Positions 12,286 through 25,255 of a stretch of DNA of 64,000 bases are shown piece by piece. The notes under the pieces are model-generated. The model was not told the origin of the DNA. It was given only the letters and a program-made list of their open reading frames with translations, and searched no databases. The stretch is from positions 19,222,001-19,286,000 of the forward strand of contig CM075987.1 of assembly GCA_038087875.1 (NCBI GenBank). Direction: 5' to 3'. Within the stretch, counting starts at the first letter, position 1. Each line of letters opens with the position of its first letter. Source of the DNA: Malacoraja senta. Its lineage: Eukaryota. The position numbers and the translations under genes are program-made.

Positions 12286-13126
12286 CTTGATTGATGATTA
12301 CATTCTGATAAGTTCAAGGGATGACTGATGATGCAGGGAGCATTGTGCAAAAGCAATATTTAATTGTGGAAAAAAATTATAATTACATTATAATCATCCA
12401 AGTATTCGCTGCCCTAATGGATCTCTCCATGTTACAAATTGCAAAATATAATAAATTTAAATTTAAAATATAGACTGAAAATGCTGGAAATAGGTCAGGC
12501 AGCATCTTGTGAGAGAGAAGAAAAGTTTGTGTTTCAGGTCTATGACATTTTTCAGTTTTCATGATTAAGTTCAACAAACAGCCATTTGCAACTCTCGTCA
12601 ATTCATGTTTTGTTACTTGTCCTATTAACCAACTTTGTCTGTATTGCCGTTGTTTTGACAGACAAACCCTCCTGGCATTCCCCCTACCGCAGATATTCCC
12701 TTTTCATTCTTTCTTCTCCCCTCCTCTCTGTTCCACTATTCACTTGAAACCTTTGTCGTATCATTAACTTTAATTCCCAAACTTAAAAGAAAAGAGACAG
12801 ACCCAACATGTTAACATTAATCCTGTTTTTTTTTCTCCATAGATGGCACATAAGTAATTAGTGCATTTATTGTCCTCATTTTTTTGAGGGCACCCATTGA
12901 ATAGGTTTTCCTTGTGACTCTCCTCATTGAAAGTAATTCTACAATAAAATGGGAAATAAGATGCCCAATGTGTAATGTTAAAATATTTTATTTTCCTACT
13001 GTCCCACACTTAATCTAACTGGATGCTGAGAATATTGTTTCTTCCTTCTGAAAATGTTTGTTTTCCATAATTTTTCAAAGCAATGGTTGATTACTAAAAG
13101 TATCTCTCTTACTCTCCCTTGCCCAG

Positions 13127-13269
13127 GTCAGTGAAGCACGAGCACAGTACAACATTGGCAATGTTTTTCATGCCAAAGGGAAGCAGCTGTCCTGGCTCAC
13201 AACCCAGGAATCCGGAGACTTGCCGAGTGAAGTGAAGGAAACTTTAGAGAAGGCCACTGAGCACTATGA
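13127..13269 (+). CDS. GPSM1: GPSM1 coding exon 4 (TPR plus insert)
   Basis: Polypyrimidine tract gcccag|GTC ... GA|gtgagt; 143 nt; VSEARAQYNIGNVFHAKGKQLSWLTTQESGDLPSEVKETLEKATEHYE; the KGKQLSW motif favours GPSM1 over GPSM2. Confidence 0.93.
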
Positions 13270-13794
13270 GTGAGTAATAAAGCATCTGCCTACAAATTAA
13301 GCTCTTGAGAGGAATTGGTAGTAATTGAGAATGTTGTCCAAAATGTGTTCTGACTATCCATGAAGAATGTACAGTGCTTAGACGGCACTCCACAATTTGA
13401 AAATCTTGTGTTTGTGCTTTGTATTTGTTGAAATATTTGGAGTACATTAGGAACACAATAAATGCATTCATTTCAGACATCATTGCACTGTAACTGTGTA
13501 TCTGCATTTCAATGAACTGAGTCCCTGCAGTTTCTAAATCCATGTAAATCAGGACTTGTAAATGGTCCAAAAAAGCAAACCAGGATGTACCTCTCTTCAG
13601 ACACCAACATCAACTCCCCTCCCTCTGCTGGCAACATCACCATTTCACCACGTCACATGAGCCTGAAATCTATCTCCTACACTCTCACTTACACCATTCC
13701 CTGAATGCTTGGAATTTTAACTCAAATGCTTTCATGAGCAACTTGGTGAAAGATGTACATTAAAAATGAAACGCATGCATGAATAAAAATATAC

Positions 13795-14283
13795 ATGAAA
13801 GCACTTTATCAGGATGCATCACAGCATGGTTTGGGAACAGCTCAATCCAAGACCACAAGAAATTGCAGAGATCTGTGGATGCAGCCCAGACCATCATACA
13901 AACCATATTCCCTTCCATTGATTCTATCTACACTTCACGCTGTCTCGGCAATGCCACCGACATAATCACGAACAAGTCTCGCCCTTCTCCTCTCTCCCAT
14001 CAGGCAAGAGAAGTGTGAAAACGCATACTTCCAGATTCGGGGACAGTTTCTGCCCAGCTGTTATCAGGCAACTGAACCATCTTATCACCAGCTAGAGAGC
14101 AACCGTGACCCATCATCTACCTCATTGGAGAATCTCAGACTATCTTTATTGAGACTTTACTGGACTCTATCTTGCACTAAACGTTATTCCCTTTAACTTT
14201 ACACTGTGAATGGCTTGATTGTAATCATGTAGTCTTTCTCCAGACTGGATAGCACACCGCAAAAAAGGTTTTCACTGTACCTT
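13795..14283 (+). mobile_element. Rex1/Babar-like LINE 3' fragment
   Basis: ESTLSGCITAWFGNSSIQDHKKLQRSVDAAQTII matches the Rex1-clade post-RT region; 3' UTR ends ttttcactgtacct. Confidence 0.75.
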
Positions 14284-16036
14284 ATTAATTGAGATCCACC
14301 AGTTTAGTTGACTGTCTGCAATCCATTTTTCAATATCGAAACTTGTGCCAAGTTCTGTTTGCTCATCAGTCCTGTGTTTACCGAGCCATATCTGTCTCTA
14401 TCCAGTAATTACATGATTTTAAAATTCAATTAAAAAAATCAAGTTTTCAATCCCTTGTCAAGACACAATCTTGTCCTATTTCACCTCTTAATGGCTGTAT
14501 AACCTTTTTCAATCTCGTGCTCGTCTGCATCCCTGATTTGAATTGCTTCACCATTGGCAGTGCCTTCATCTGGCAGGACAGTGAGTTCAGAAATTCTCTT
14601 TCTCTTTCTCTTAATTCATACCCTTTTGCCATTTTTTTTTGGCCAGCTGTCTGAATATCTCTTTCAGAATCATGGTGTCAAGTTTTATTGGGAGGCTTCA
14701 GTCTGTTTAAATATGCCATGGGAATTCGAATCATTATTTCCATGGATAATGCAAGAAAACAATCAGGTTTTAGGCTTTAAACGTACCACATTGAAAAATG
14801 GTTATGTAGATAGTTGTTTGGGCAACTACACTTCAGAATCATTTACTTAAAGGAGGTGCAATTGGTTGTCCCAAGGTTATGAAGGGCATAATTTGAAAGC
14901 ATTTCCTTTTTCTCTTTCACTGCTCCAAACTTAATTTCCGGTATTTACTTGCATTCATTGTCTTCTACCTGTTTAATAATGGATGACAGTTGCAGTCCTA
15001 AAGTTTCGCAAAGATGAGGGAATGTAAGAACAATGGATTGTTCCAGCATGCCCAATGAATATGGGCATGAACTATGGGAAGATTTATTTCTCAGCCTATT
15101 AAAGTTGACACAAGTTTAGAAGACTAAAATATACTGTGGTGCCTTCACGGCCATGTTGGTTTTGCATACAGCCTGTCACCGCTGGCGACTCGCCAGCAGC
15201 CTCCCGAGAAGGTCCAGCCACAAGAGCTCAATATCAGGTGCACTAATTGGCCTTATCTGCACACGGGTTGTGATTGGTGAGAATGTAGGTAAAAGGGTCT
15301 TCTGGAATAAACGTGTCACAAGGTGTCTGGCTCAGCTAAGTGTTGTTTGTTCTTTGCTTTCTGTCGTGGAATTCAGTAGATCCTACAATACAAGGGACTG
15401 AGCCATCTTTTTGAGTGAAGGAGAAAACAATTCTTTGAACTGCTGCTTGAAGAACCTATTCATTTATCACAAGAAATATTTAGGAATACATATATCTGAA
15501 CTTCAAATTTTACTATATACATATTGAAAAGAAAAATCACCATTTTGTCTGCTGGATGATATTGTTGTCAATTTTAAATTCTGCAGCATTTGAGAAGTTG
15601 ATACTTCCATATAATAATTTTTGTAGAGAAACGGGCCATTTGACCCAACTGAGTGGTCTGTATTTATACACCACACATCATTTTCTTGTCCCCTTTCACT
15701 AACCCCACCAATAAAACTTTTGTTTGTCATTTGTTTGTCCAGCTTTTCCTGTAGTTTCTTAACAAGTGCAACAAAATTTCAGCATTTGCTATATGTATGA
15801 CCCATCAATTATTAATATTGAGATCAAGTCTCCTTTATTTTATGTTTCCCTGGTGAGAATGGTAGATATTGAATTCCAACACCAATTTGAAGCGATTCTG
15901 AGAAGTCATATTACTGTAGAGCACAGAAACACTCCCTTCAGCCCACATAGTCCATGCCATTTGCCACAGAATTGTGCAGTTTACCTTGCTCATTATTGTC
16001 TCAATCTTTCAAAGTCACTTCAAATAATGCACGGCA

Positions 16037-16566
16037 GACAATGCTGGAGAAATTCAGCGGGTGAGGCAGCATCTATGGAGCGAAGGAAATAGGCGACGTT
16101 TCGGGTCAAGACCCTTCTTCAGACTGATGTGGGGGTGGGGGGGGTGGGAAGAAGAAAGGAAGAGGTGGAGAAAGTGGGCTGTGGGAGAGCTGGGGAGGGG
16201 AAAGAGGGAGAAAGCAGGGACTACCTGAAATTGGAGAAGTCAATGTTCATACCGGTGGGGTGTAAACTACCCAAGCGAAATATGAGGTGCTGCTCCTCCA
16301 ATTTACGGTGGCCCTCACTCTGGCCATGGAGGAGGCCCAGGACAGAAAGGTCGGATTAGGAATGGGAGGGTGAGTTGAAGTGCTGAGCCACCGGGAGATC
16401 AGGTTAGTTCATGCGAACCGAGCGGAGGTGTTGGGCGAAGCGATCACCAAGCCTACGTTTGTCTCACCGATGTAGAGCAGCTGATACCTAGAGCAGCGGA
16501 TGCAATAGATGAGGCTGGAGGAGGTGCAGGTGAACCTCTGCCGCATCTGGAAAGACTGCTTGGGTC
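16037..16566 (-). mobile_element. Penelope-like element 3' fragment (GIY-YIG end, UTR, hammerhead motif)
   Basis: Homologous to 53716-54186; minus strand reads CTGAAGA-AGGGTCTTGACCC-GAAAC-GTC at 16122-16095. Confidence 0.88.
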
Positions 16567-17581
16567 CATAATGCATGTTTCTTTTTGTTTCCCCTTCTGC
16601 AAGGTCACAATCGCCATTGCCGAAGCATTTTCATGCTTACAGCTCTTCATCTTTATCACTCAAAATTTCTTGAGGATAATGTGCATTTAATAATGATTTT
16701 TCTGTTCGAAAGTAATGAAGTCAAATGTATTCACCAATTTTAAATCTTTTGAAATTAGTGAATTTACATTTTTGCAGAAATCTCTGCTCTCACTTCTTTG
16801 GAGATCCAAGTCTAATTAATGTTCTTTGCTCATGCTTAATGTCAGCAGTTTTTAAAATGAAATTTCTTTCACAATCCCCCAAAATCCTTAGGAAGAGTTT
16901 AGAGGGCTATGCAGGCAAATGGCATGGACTATGTGGGCTGAAGGGCTTGTTTCTGTGCTGTACAGCTCTATGACTTCTCAGAATCACTTCAAAATTTTGT
17001 TGGAATTCAATATATACCACTTGACTTTTGTCCAGTAAACGTCCCACCCTCGTAATCCCAATAATTTTACTTTTTTCAGGATGAGGGAACTGAATCTCAA
17101 CATAAGCAAAAGAAAATTTAAAAAACGCTGATTTTGGAAAATTGTAATTAAACCATAAGATGCTGGAAGAGACAGCATTTGTGGGTGGTTGATGGTTGGC
17201 ATGAATTCAGTGGGCCAAAGAAGCCTGTTTCCACGTTGTATCTCTGAGAAATCAAGCTAATGTTTTCGGTCCAGAACACTTAGTCAGAACTGGGAAAGGA
17301 AAAAAACAAGTTATTTTTCTTGGAGAGGGATGGTTAGAAGAAAGGGAATATCTCGGACAGGGTGAGCACAAATGCATTATAACTGCAGAGAGAATCGGAT
17401 TATGCTACCTTGTCTCTGTTGTTGCTAATAACAGGATGTGCACCGTTCCCAGCAGGCCAGACTATAACAACAGAATCAGTAAAACGGAACCAAAATCAAA
17501 GATGGATGATAGATAGTAATAGCCATATCTGATACAGACAGAAAGTAAGTTGGAGATGCATAACAAGTTGGAGAATTTGAT

Positions 17582-17805
17582 CAAAACATAAAGTGCTGGA
17601 GTAACTGAACAGGTTGGGTGGCATCTGTAGCGGGAATGCACAGCCAATGTATCAGGTCAGGATCCTTCTTCAGACTGAAGAAGGGTCCCGACCTGAAATG
17701 TCGCAACGTCCATCCCCTCCACAGATGCTACCTGGCCTGCTGAATTCCTCCAGCAATTTGTGATTTGCTCATGATTCCAGCATTTGCCGTTCCTTGTGTC
17801 TTCAT
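17582..17805. repeat. Fold-back Penelope-terminus element with hammerhead cores on both strands
   Basis: Centre CTTCTTCAG-A-CTGAAGAAG near 17665-17683; diverged inverted arms; flanking direct repeat GAGAATTTG. Confidence 0.8.
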
Positions 17806-18096
17806 TAGAGAATTTGGAGTGCGGAAGGCTGTGATGTGCTCAGACCTGAGGTAACTTGTTGATCCTCAAGCCTCATTTTTAAAATATTCCTGTTCATGCA
17901 ACGTAATTTGAAATTAGAACAGGCGATTTTGTTGGGTCGATATTGTGAGAGAAGAAAATCATTATGTCAGTTGGTTTGAGAAGGCCCAGAAGAGAGAACT
18001 TTTTTTGCATGCAATTTTTAAAACTGATGTTAAATCTGGTCTTTTATTCACTTCTGATATTCAGATTCACTCTTTTTGCTGCTGTCATCTAATAAT

Positions 18097-18380
18097 AACA
18101 GCGCGGAAACAGGCCCTTTGGCCCACCGAGTCCACACTGACCAGCGATCCCCGCTCATTAACATTATTCGACACACATTAGGGACAATTCGCATTTATAC
18201 CCAGCTAATTAACCTACAAACCTGTAAGTCTTTGGAGCGTGGGAGGAAACCGATGATCTCGGCAAAAACCCACAGAGATAACGTACAAACTCCGTACAGA
18301 CAGCACCCGTATCCAGGATCGAACCTGGATCTCTGGCGCTGGAAGGCAGCAACTCTACCGCTGCATTACCGTGCCACCCA
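18097..18380 (-). mobile_element. HE1-type V-SINE (tRNA-derived)
   Basis: Reverse complement has a tRNA-like head with B box GGTTCGATCC and a CR1-like tail (gggccaaagggcctgtttccgcgctgt). Confidence 0.85.
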
Positions 18381-19629
18381 ATAGTTTGGTGAAATCATAA
18401 ATGAGAGCACTTATTCATTATGACTTGATTATTTTTGTCTTTGCTGAATTCTTCTAGTCTCACGGATTCCTTGTGTAGTGCGCCTAAGGCTGCTCCTGGC
18501 TTTCAGTGAAAAATTAACATGGATCTTGCTGGCCTTCAATAATACCTAGTCATCAAAAGTGAACTCCCACAGTTATATGTGGTTAGCCTTATGCTATTAA
18601 TGGAGATGGCAATATAGATTTTGCATATTCAAAGGAGACAGGTTATGAAAGGAAGAATGGGACTTTAGAACAGAGAACTCATTGTAAAAATGTTAAAGAT
18701 CTGATTCGAGGATATTTGCATCAAAGATGATTGTGTTAAGGTCAGTTGAAAGTGTATCTTTTTTTGTCAATTATACCAATATAGTTTTACATCTTTACAA
18801 AGAGAAGTGGAAGTCAAGAATATTGCTTTATATAATGGTTTTTGCATTGCATTATTCATTAAGGTCTAATTTCTAGTTCTTTGCTTCATTTTCTTTATAT
18901 TTTTCCTTTTCTTTCATCCATCTCCTCCTTGCTTATATTCCCTACTTTCCCATTTCAAGTTTGTATTTTTTTTAAGAAATAGAAGCAGGAGTCGGCCATT
19001 CAGTAAGATCATGAAATCCCTTCCCTTGATTTCTTTGGTATCATTTAAAAAATTCACTTCCTGCCTTCCCATCTTTTGTTTTCCCGTTCCTGCATCAGAG
19101 GGCAGATTGCAAATTATCTTGGATGACAAACTGGACCATCACTATCAATGATTGATTCATCAAGCAAATCACTTCAATAGCCATCTTGTTCCAAATTCTA
19201 CAATGATGAACTTAGGCTTGCATTCACCAAATATCTGGAGAAAATGCGGCAATACGATCAATGCTGTTCTTCACCAAACAGCTGTTCATGAAAAAAGTTC
19301 AAAGCTAATTCTTAAAGACTTACAACCACTTAATCAAACTTAGTTTGAACTATTAATTTGAATTAAACTCTCTTTGCTGATGTGGAATTTGTGTAACACT
19401 GGTCATGAACATACAAGCTATTCATTATGAAACAAAACAAGTGTTCTGAAAGCATTTCTAAAATTATAATGTATAATGTTGATTTAGACAATAGTTAGAA
19501 ACCATTGGAGTTCTTGAGTCCAAAGTTAGTCTATTTCTACAATGAATATCATTTTGTGGTTGGGTTGAATATAAAGGATTCTCTGGGTTTTCAATGTTTG
19601 TAATATTTTTCTTTCTTTGTCTCATTTAG

Positions 19630-19753
19630 GATGAATCTTAAAATTGTCAAAGAATTAGGTGATCGAGCAGCTCAAGGCCGAGCCTTTGGTAATCTTGGCA
19701 ACACACATTATCTTTTAGGAAACTACAACGATGCCATTTCTTTTCACAAGGAG
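19630..19753 (+). CDS. GPSM1: GPSM1 coding exon 5 (TPR)
   Basis: catttag|G ... GAG|gtaaaa; 124 nt; MNLKIVKELGDRAAQGRAFGNLGNTHYLLGNYNDAISFHKE. Confidence 0.95.
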
Positions 19754-20127
19754 GTAAAAATCCAGTTATTACATTTCACCTTAGATTTGAGAAAGTTCTG
19801 ATGTTGTATGTTCAAGTTTGCTCACTTGCATTAAACTTTTCCAAAGGATGGTGTCTGGAAGTATTTTTTTTGGTCTCCACCATCTGATAATGTGATCCTT
19901 TCGCCATGCTTTTGTGGCGCTATGTTAAATACACCGTATGTAGGCCAGGAAGGAACACGAGTCTTGTCTTTGTCATAGTGCCCATTAGCATCAGTGTGCC
20001 ACTGCTAACTTGTATGTCAGGCAATAATTTGGAGCAAAAAAACAACTCGGATGTAGGGTCAATTTAAAAGTAAGCAATTAATTTAACAGCAAATAAAATC
20101 AATTTGTGCAGTCGTGTCTAGTTAAAT

Positions 20128-20453
20128 AGCAAGGTGGCGTAGCGGTAGAGCTACTGCCTTACAGCACCAGAGACCCGGGTTTAATCTTGACTACGGGAGC
20201 TTATTTGTACGGAGTTTGTACGTTCTCCCCGTCACCTGAATGAGTTTTCTCCGAGATTTCTCTTGTGGGTGATAGGATGGTTCGGTTTACTCCCACTCGT
20301 ACATGTTTGTAGGTTAATTTGCTTGGTATAAATGTAAAATTGTCCCTAATGTGTGTAGGATTGTGTTAATGTGCTGGGATTGTGGGTCAGTGTGGACTCG
20401 GTGGGCCAAAGGACATGTTTCGGCTCAGTATCTCTAACCTAAACTAAACTAAA
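20128..20453 (+). mobile_element. HE1-type V-SINE
   Basis: A box TGGCGTAGCGG, B-box-like GGTTTAATC, V-domain-like ggagtttgtacgttctccccgt, CTAAA-repeat tail. Confidence 0.88.
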
Positions 20454-21808
20454 GCATATTCAACAAACCCTACCATGAATTGTGTACTGAACATTTGACT
20501 GAAACTGCAACTTGCACACCAGAGGGTTTCCTCCAGTCAGATGCTGTGAGTTACATATACTTGAATATTTGTTTTTTGTTCAAACTTATTCACAGCGGTT
20601 TATTGCAGTGAATAATTGATGGGCAAATTACCCAATCTTCTGTCCTCTGGATGAGAAGGTTTATGTAAAGCTGATGTTTGTAGCAGCAAGAGCATTGGGA
20701 TTAAGAAACCACCCAGGTTAATAAATGAGTCGAGCTGGCCAGATGGCTGAATTGGCCAATGTGATGAATGGTGAGGGTTATGAAATTTAATTTCTGCACA
20801 ACTTGTTGAGTACTGACTCATTCCACAGGCACCAACTCGAGCATGTTACTTGCTGAAGAAATGACGATCGTAGAGTTTTAGTAATTAGAGATCTACAGTT
20901 TAAAGAGATGTGTGTCTATGTACATGAATTATTTTCAGCTGCAAAATTCATTCTGTGAACCACTTTTGTCCAGAAAGCAAATCAGCACATAAATATTAAT
21001 AATAGACTTTCAACATAATTGCTGGGTAATTGATTTTTTTTTTAAAATCTCTCATGAGGTTACAGTGTAAATTGAAGCATCAGCTCAAGAGTAATAAACA
21101 AAAGACAATGTAAAATATAATTATCCTGAAATAACTGCTTTCTAAGTTGTTGGTATTAGGGAGGGACCGGTCTTGGTTCTAAGTGGAAGATGATCTCTTA
21201 TCCAAACTTAATCCAGAAATGCTGTGTAATATGGAAACAGAAATGCGTGCCATCGGAAAATAAGGCAGATTTAATCTTGGTATCTTTGGCTGTATCCTAG
21301 CTATTGGCTACAAAGGATGATATTGATAGTCACACGGAAAAACCGGGATTGTTTTTTTCCTCGGAACGAGGAGAGATTGCATGTTATGAGTGATTTTGAT
21401 TGAACATATAAGGAGAATTTATTTTTGTCGTGTGGAATGGTAATCTAATACTTAAACATAAGAAAGATGATTCTTGATCTTCAGAGAATTGCTAAGATGT
21501 TGGAAGGTTCACCCAAAATGATAGTAAAGTCAATTTCCAAAGAACCTTAAAATGGGCAATTGTACAAATATTACCCTTGTGGTTCTGTGGGAGAAAAGGT
21601 TGGGGTTAGGGGGGAAAATTAAACGTTCATTGAAATTGGTGGTTTTGTGATGGTGAGGAGGATAGTCTGGCTACAGAATTATATTGATCAGTTTTTACGG
21701 TGGGAAGATCAGCCACCTTTGGAGGCCTAATATTTGTAAGAAATAAATAATGATTGGATTGTCTGTGCATTGTGGAACAGAGGGACATTGGTATATAACC
21801 CAAGGATC

Positions 21809-21822
21809 CCAGTAGGTGGCAG
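21809..21822 (+). promoter_or_regulatory. Candidate CTCF site
   Basis: CCAGTAGGTGGCAG matches the CCASYAGRKGGCRS core exactly; motif evidence only. Confidence 0.45.
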
Positions 21823-22654
21823 CACTTTATATAGAATAGAGAAGAAGCCATACAGGTACTCTGCTTCCTTAGTCTGGGCATGGAAAATAAGAGAAAGGAA
21901 ACTATGCAAGGTATTGATCAATCCACATCAAATTAGTGAATGGTTGGGTCTTTCTTCAGTCCCATCTCTCTATGGCTTTTTTTGTGTTTCAAAAAGATTA
22001 CTTGTTATGGAGACTTGAGCTTTAAGGGATTGTCTTGTTATGGTAGTGACCAAGTATTTGAACAAGGAAACATTGAGCATCTAATTTGAAGGCAAGGTTT
22101 GATTTATAATTGGCAATATATATTTATGATATGGTTTCAATTGAGGAAAGTCTTAAATGTTTACTGGTATTATTCAAGAATAACCTGTTGCCCAACAGGT
22201 TTGCCCATCAACCTGTTGGGCAAAAGAGTTGTGTACTTTTCCCAAATGCTAATGAGGACAAATAAGGAAATGCCTAAAAAGGTTTTCTGTAGGTCATATT
22301 GTATTTATCTCTAAGTGCTTGGAGAAAGAGGCATATTTCAAAATGTCGTTAAAAGCAACTATCACAGCAGTGTCTGGAGGTAATGATTATCAGAGGCTCC
22401 TGCGGCTGTTTGAGACCATCTTCTATAGGGGGCGCTGGTGTCAAATAAGAAGCTTAGCAAAATAAGATGTTCGTAAACGACACAGTTTAAGTCGTGCAAT
22501 CAAAGGATGGCCCTGAAATCTCCCAATTATATGTTAAAATGATTTTTAAAAATTGCTTGACCATCTGGGAAGTGAATCTTAAAATGATATTCCAGTGAAG
22601 TTCAAGATAAACAGGATGTTTATCGAATATACTTATTCAAACTTTTTTTTTCAG

Positions 22655-22770
22655 CGTCTTTCAATAGCTAAAGAATTTGGTGATAAAGCAGCTGAGAGAA
22701 GGGCCTACAGCAACCTGGGAAACGCACACATATTCCTGGGGAAATTTGATGTGGCTGCTGAATATTACAA
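22655..22770 (+). CDS. GPSM1: GPSM1 coding exon 6 (TPR)
   Basis: T-tract cag|CGT ... AA|gtaagg; 116 nt; RLSIAKEFGDKAAERRAYSNLGNAHIFLGKFDVAAEYYK. Confidence 0.95.
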
Positions 22771-23653
22771 GTAAGGTTTTATTCTTTGGTTCAAAATTGA
22801 ATGGTGCATTGCACTGTTAATTTTGCTTTGCAGGTGCAGTTCAGGCTTCACTGATGCTGATATGAATTCACAGAGTATTCAATCACATCGTACTTCATAG
22901 ATCCTGTATTTTATGAAAGTACCCATTCCCAAATACCCGACTTTGTACAGTTCAATGAGAATTGTCTGATTTTGTTTTTAAATTGTTGGATTGCTAAATT
23001 TTCAGTTTTTTTTTTTGCTTCAGGCTAAAAAGCTGCTTTTTATCTGAAGACTTGTCATTTTACTGTAAGACATAAACAGCGGCAATTTTAGAATGGTTAC
23101 TGATTTCATGATACTCATAAACTTCTAAACAAAAATATACAGTACACATATAACAGTTCACACTTGGTTATTGGGTGCTGTACATCGATCTAGTTTTAAC
23201 TCTACAGAGGTGCCGATATGCTGTCCTGGTGCTTATCGTCACAAAAGAGCACAACTGACAAAGAAGCCCGTTAAATGAGTTCCTGTTTCTGTGATGATCA
23301 GTGTTAGACGAAGTCGCACGCTAGCTTTATGGCACAGGGTCAAGTCCAGATAAAGGTACATGAGATTATGTACTTAGAAATAAAATTCTCCTAAATTGCA
23401 TTCAACTTGTTGAAGAAACAGCCACATCCTGAACTCCACTCTATTTCTGTTGCACAATTTCTGAAAGACCACATCTTATCGCTAGTAATGAGAATTCTTT
23501 GTGTTGTCATGTAACATTACATGTTTTTAATTCTTCAAAATATCTTTTGTCCAGTGTCAAAATGCACTTTCCCTTAAGGACTGCAATGTGTTTTTTCCTC
23601 CTCTTCATAAAAACACATCCAATTCCATTACAATAAGTATTGAATTGTCTTCA

Positions 23654-23755
23654 AGAAGAAGGTAGACACAAAATGCTGGAGTAACTCAACGGGACAGGCA
23701 GCAACGCTGGAGAGAAGGAATGGGTGGCGTTTTGGGCTAAGACCCTTCTTCAGAC
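23654..23755 (-). mobile_element. Short Penelope-like terminal insertion
   Basis: About 100 nt starting at a hammerhead-like core; direct repeat TGAATT[G/C]TCTTCA at 23641-23653 and 23756-23768. Confidence 0.78.
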
Positions 23756-24099
23756 TGAATTCTCTTCAGACCTTTTAAGGCAGCATTTTCCAGATATGGC
23801 CAGTCTCAGCTGGAGCACCAAAGCGGCTGTGCATTTTACTTCAGTGCCCATAAACAAAGAATGGGAACATCAATCAAGAATTTGAATACTTACTGGGACT
23901 GACTATTTTGGCTCCCAGGTGTAGAGCCAAACAGAAGGGTAGCCTGGGAAAACACATCACAGTTCAAAGCATTATGGTGAGTGTGGCTTTAAAGAGTCAC
24001 AATGAATCAAATGACTGCTTTCTGCTCACAGAGATTCATGATGGTTTTGGGAGCAAGAGAAGATTGGAAAAGGAAATAAACAAAAAAACAAAAGAGAAA

Positions 24100-25255
24100 T
24101 GTAGAATCGAGGAATTGCAGATGCAGGTTTGCAAAAACAAAAGACACAAAGTGCTAGAATAACTCTGCGGGCAAGATTTAATAGAAACTTGATCCAAGAT
24201 GTCTTCGTTTTTAGTGAACATGGTATCCCCCCCCCCCCCCCCCCACCTATCATAGATGGATCCCTCACCCACATCTTTTCTGTGGCCCTTAGTTCTGCTC
24301 TCACTCCCTCTCCACCCAGTCGCAACAAAGATCGAGTTCCCCTGGTCCTCGCCTTTCACTCTATCAGCCTCCGCATCCAACAAATCACCCTCTGTCATCT
24401 CCAACGTGATCCCACCACTAGTCGCAATTTTCCATCTCCACCCTTTTCTACCTTGTGCAGAGACTGATTCCTGCACAACTCCATGGTTCACTCATCCCCA
24501 CCCAAACCACCCTCTCCTCAGGTACTTCCCCCTGCAACCACAGGAGATGTTACACCTGTCCCTTTACCTTCTTCCTTGCCTCCATCAAGGGATCCTTCCA
24601 TGTCAGACAGAGGGTCACATGCACCATCTCGAACCTCATCTACAGCATTCCCTGTTCCTGATAAGTGCTTCTGTACATCAGCGAGACCAAGCGTAGACTC
24701 GACGAATGCTTTGCCAAACACTTGAGCTCAGTCCGCCAAGGCTACTGGATCTCCTGGTTGGTAACCGTTTTAATTCCCCTTCGCACTCCCTATACTGATC
24801 TTTCTGTCCTGGGCCACCTCCATTGGCAGAATGAAGCCATACACAAACTGGAGAAACAGCACCTCATATTCTGCTTGGGTAGCTTACAACCCAACGGTAT
24901 GAGCATTGAATTTTCCAATATTAAATAACTAACCCACAACAACCTCCTTCCCCCTCACTGAAATCTGGCTGACCTCACACCGACTTCCCCACTCCCCATC
25001 CGCTAGCACCTTTCACAATGGATGCACAATTCACAACATTTCAATCCCTGAGCTTAATAATTTGCAGGCCTCTGGCTCCTTTCAGGCTCACAGCTGCCTC
25101 TTCATCTCTGTCCTTTGTCCAACAATCTGCTTAACAAATCCCTCGCCTGTGTTCGCCTATTACTGGCTCTGCTGTGTCCTGCCTCTTCTCCCAACTTTCT
25201 TTCCCGTCCCCTTACAATCAGTCTGAAGAAGGGTTCTGAGCATTTTGTGTTTTGC
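24100..25255 (+). mobile_element. Penelope-like element, GIY-YIG endonuclease pseudogene, preceded by a short inverted terminus
   Basis: CNHRRCYTC...TCTISNLIYSIPCS*..LYISETKRRLDECFAKHL...EKQHLIFCLGSLQPNGMSIEF; 24100-24172 is an inverted copy of the 3' terminus; ctgaagaaggg near 25223. Confidence 0.88.
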
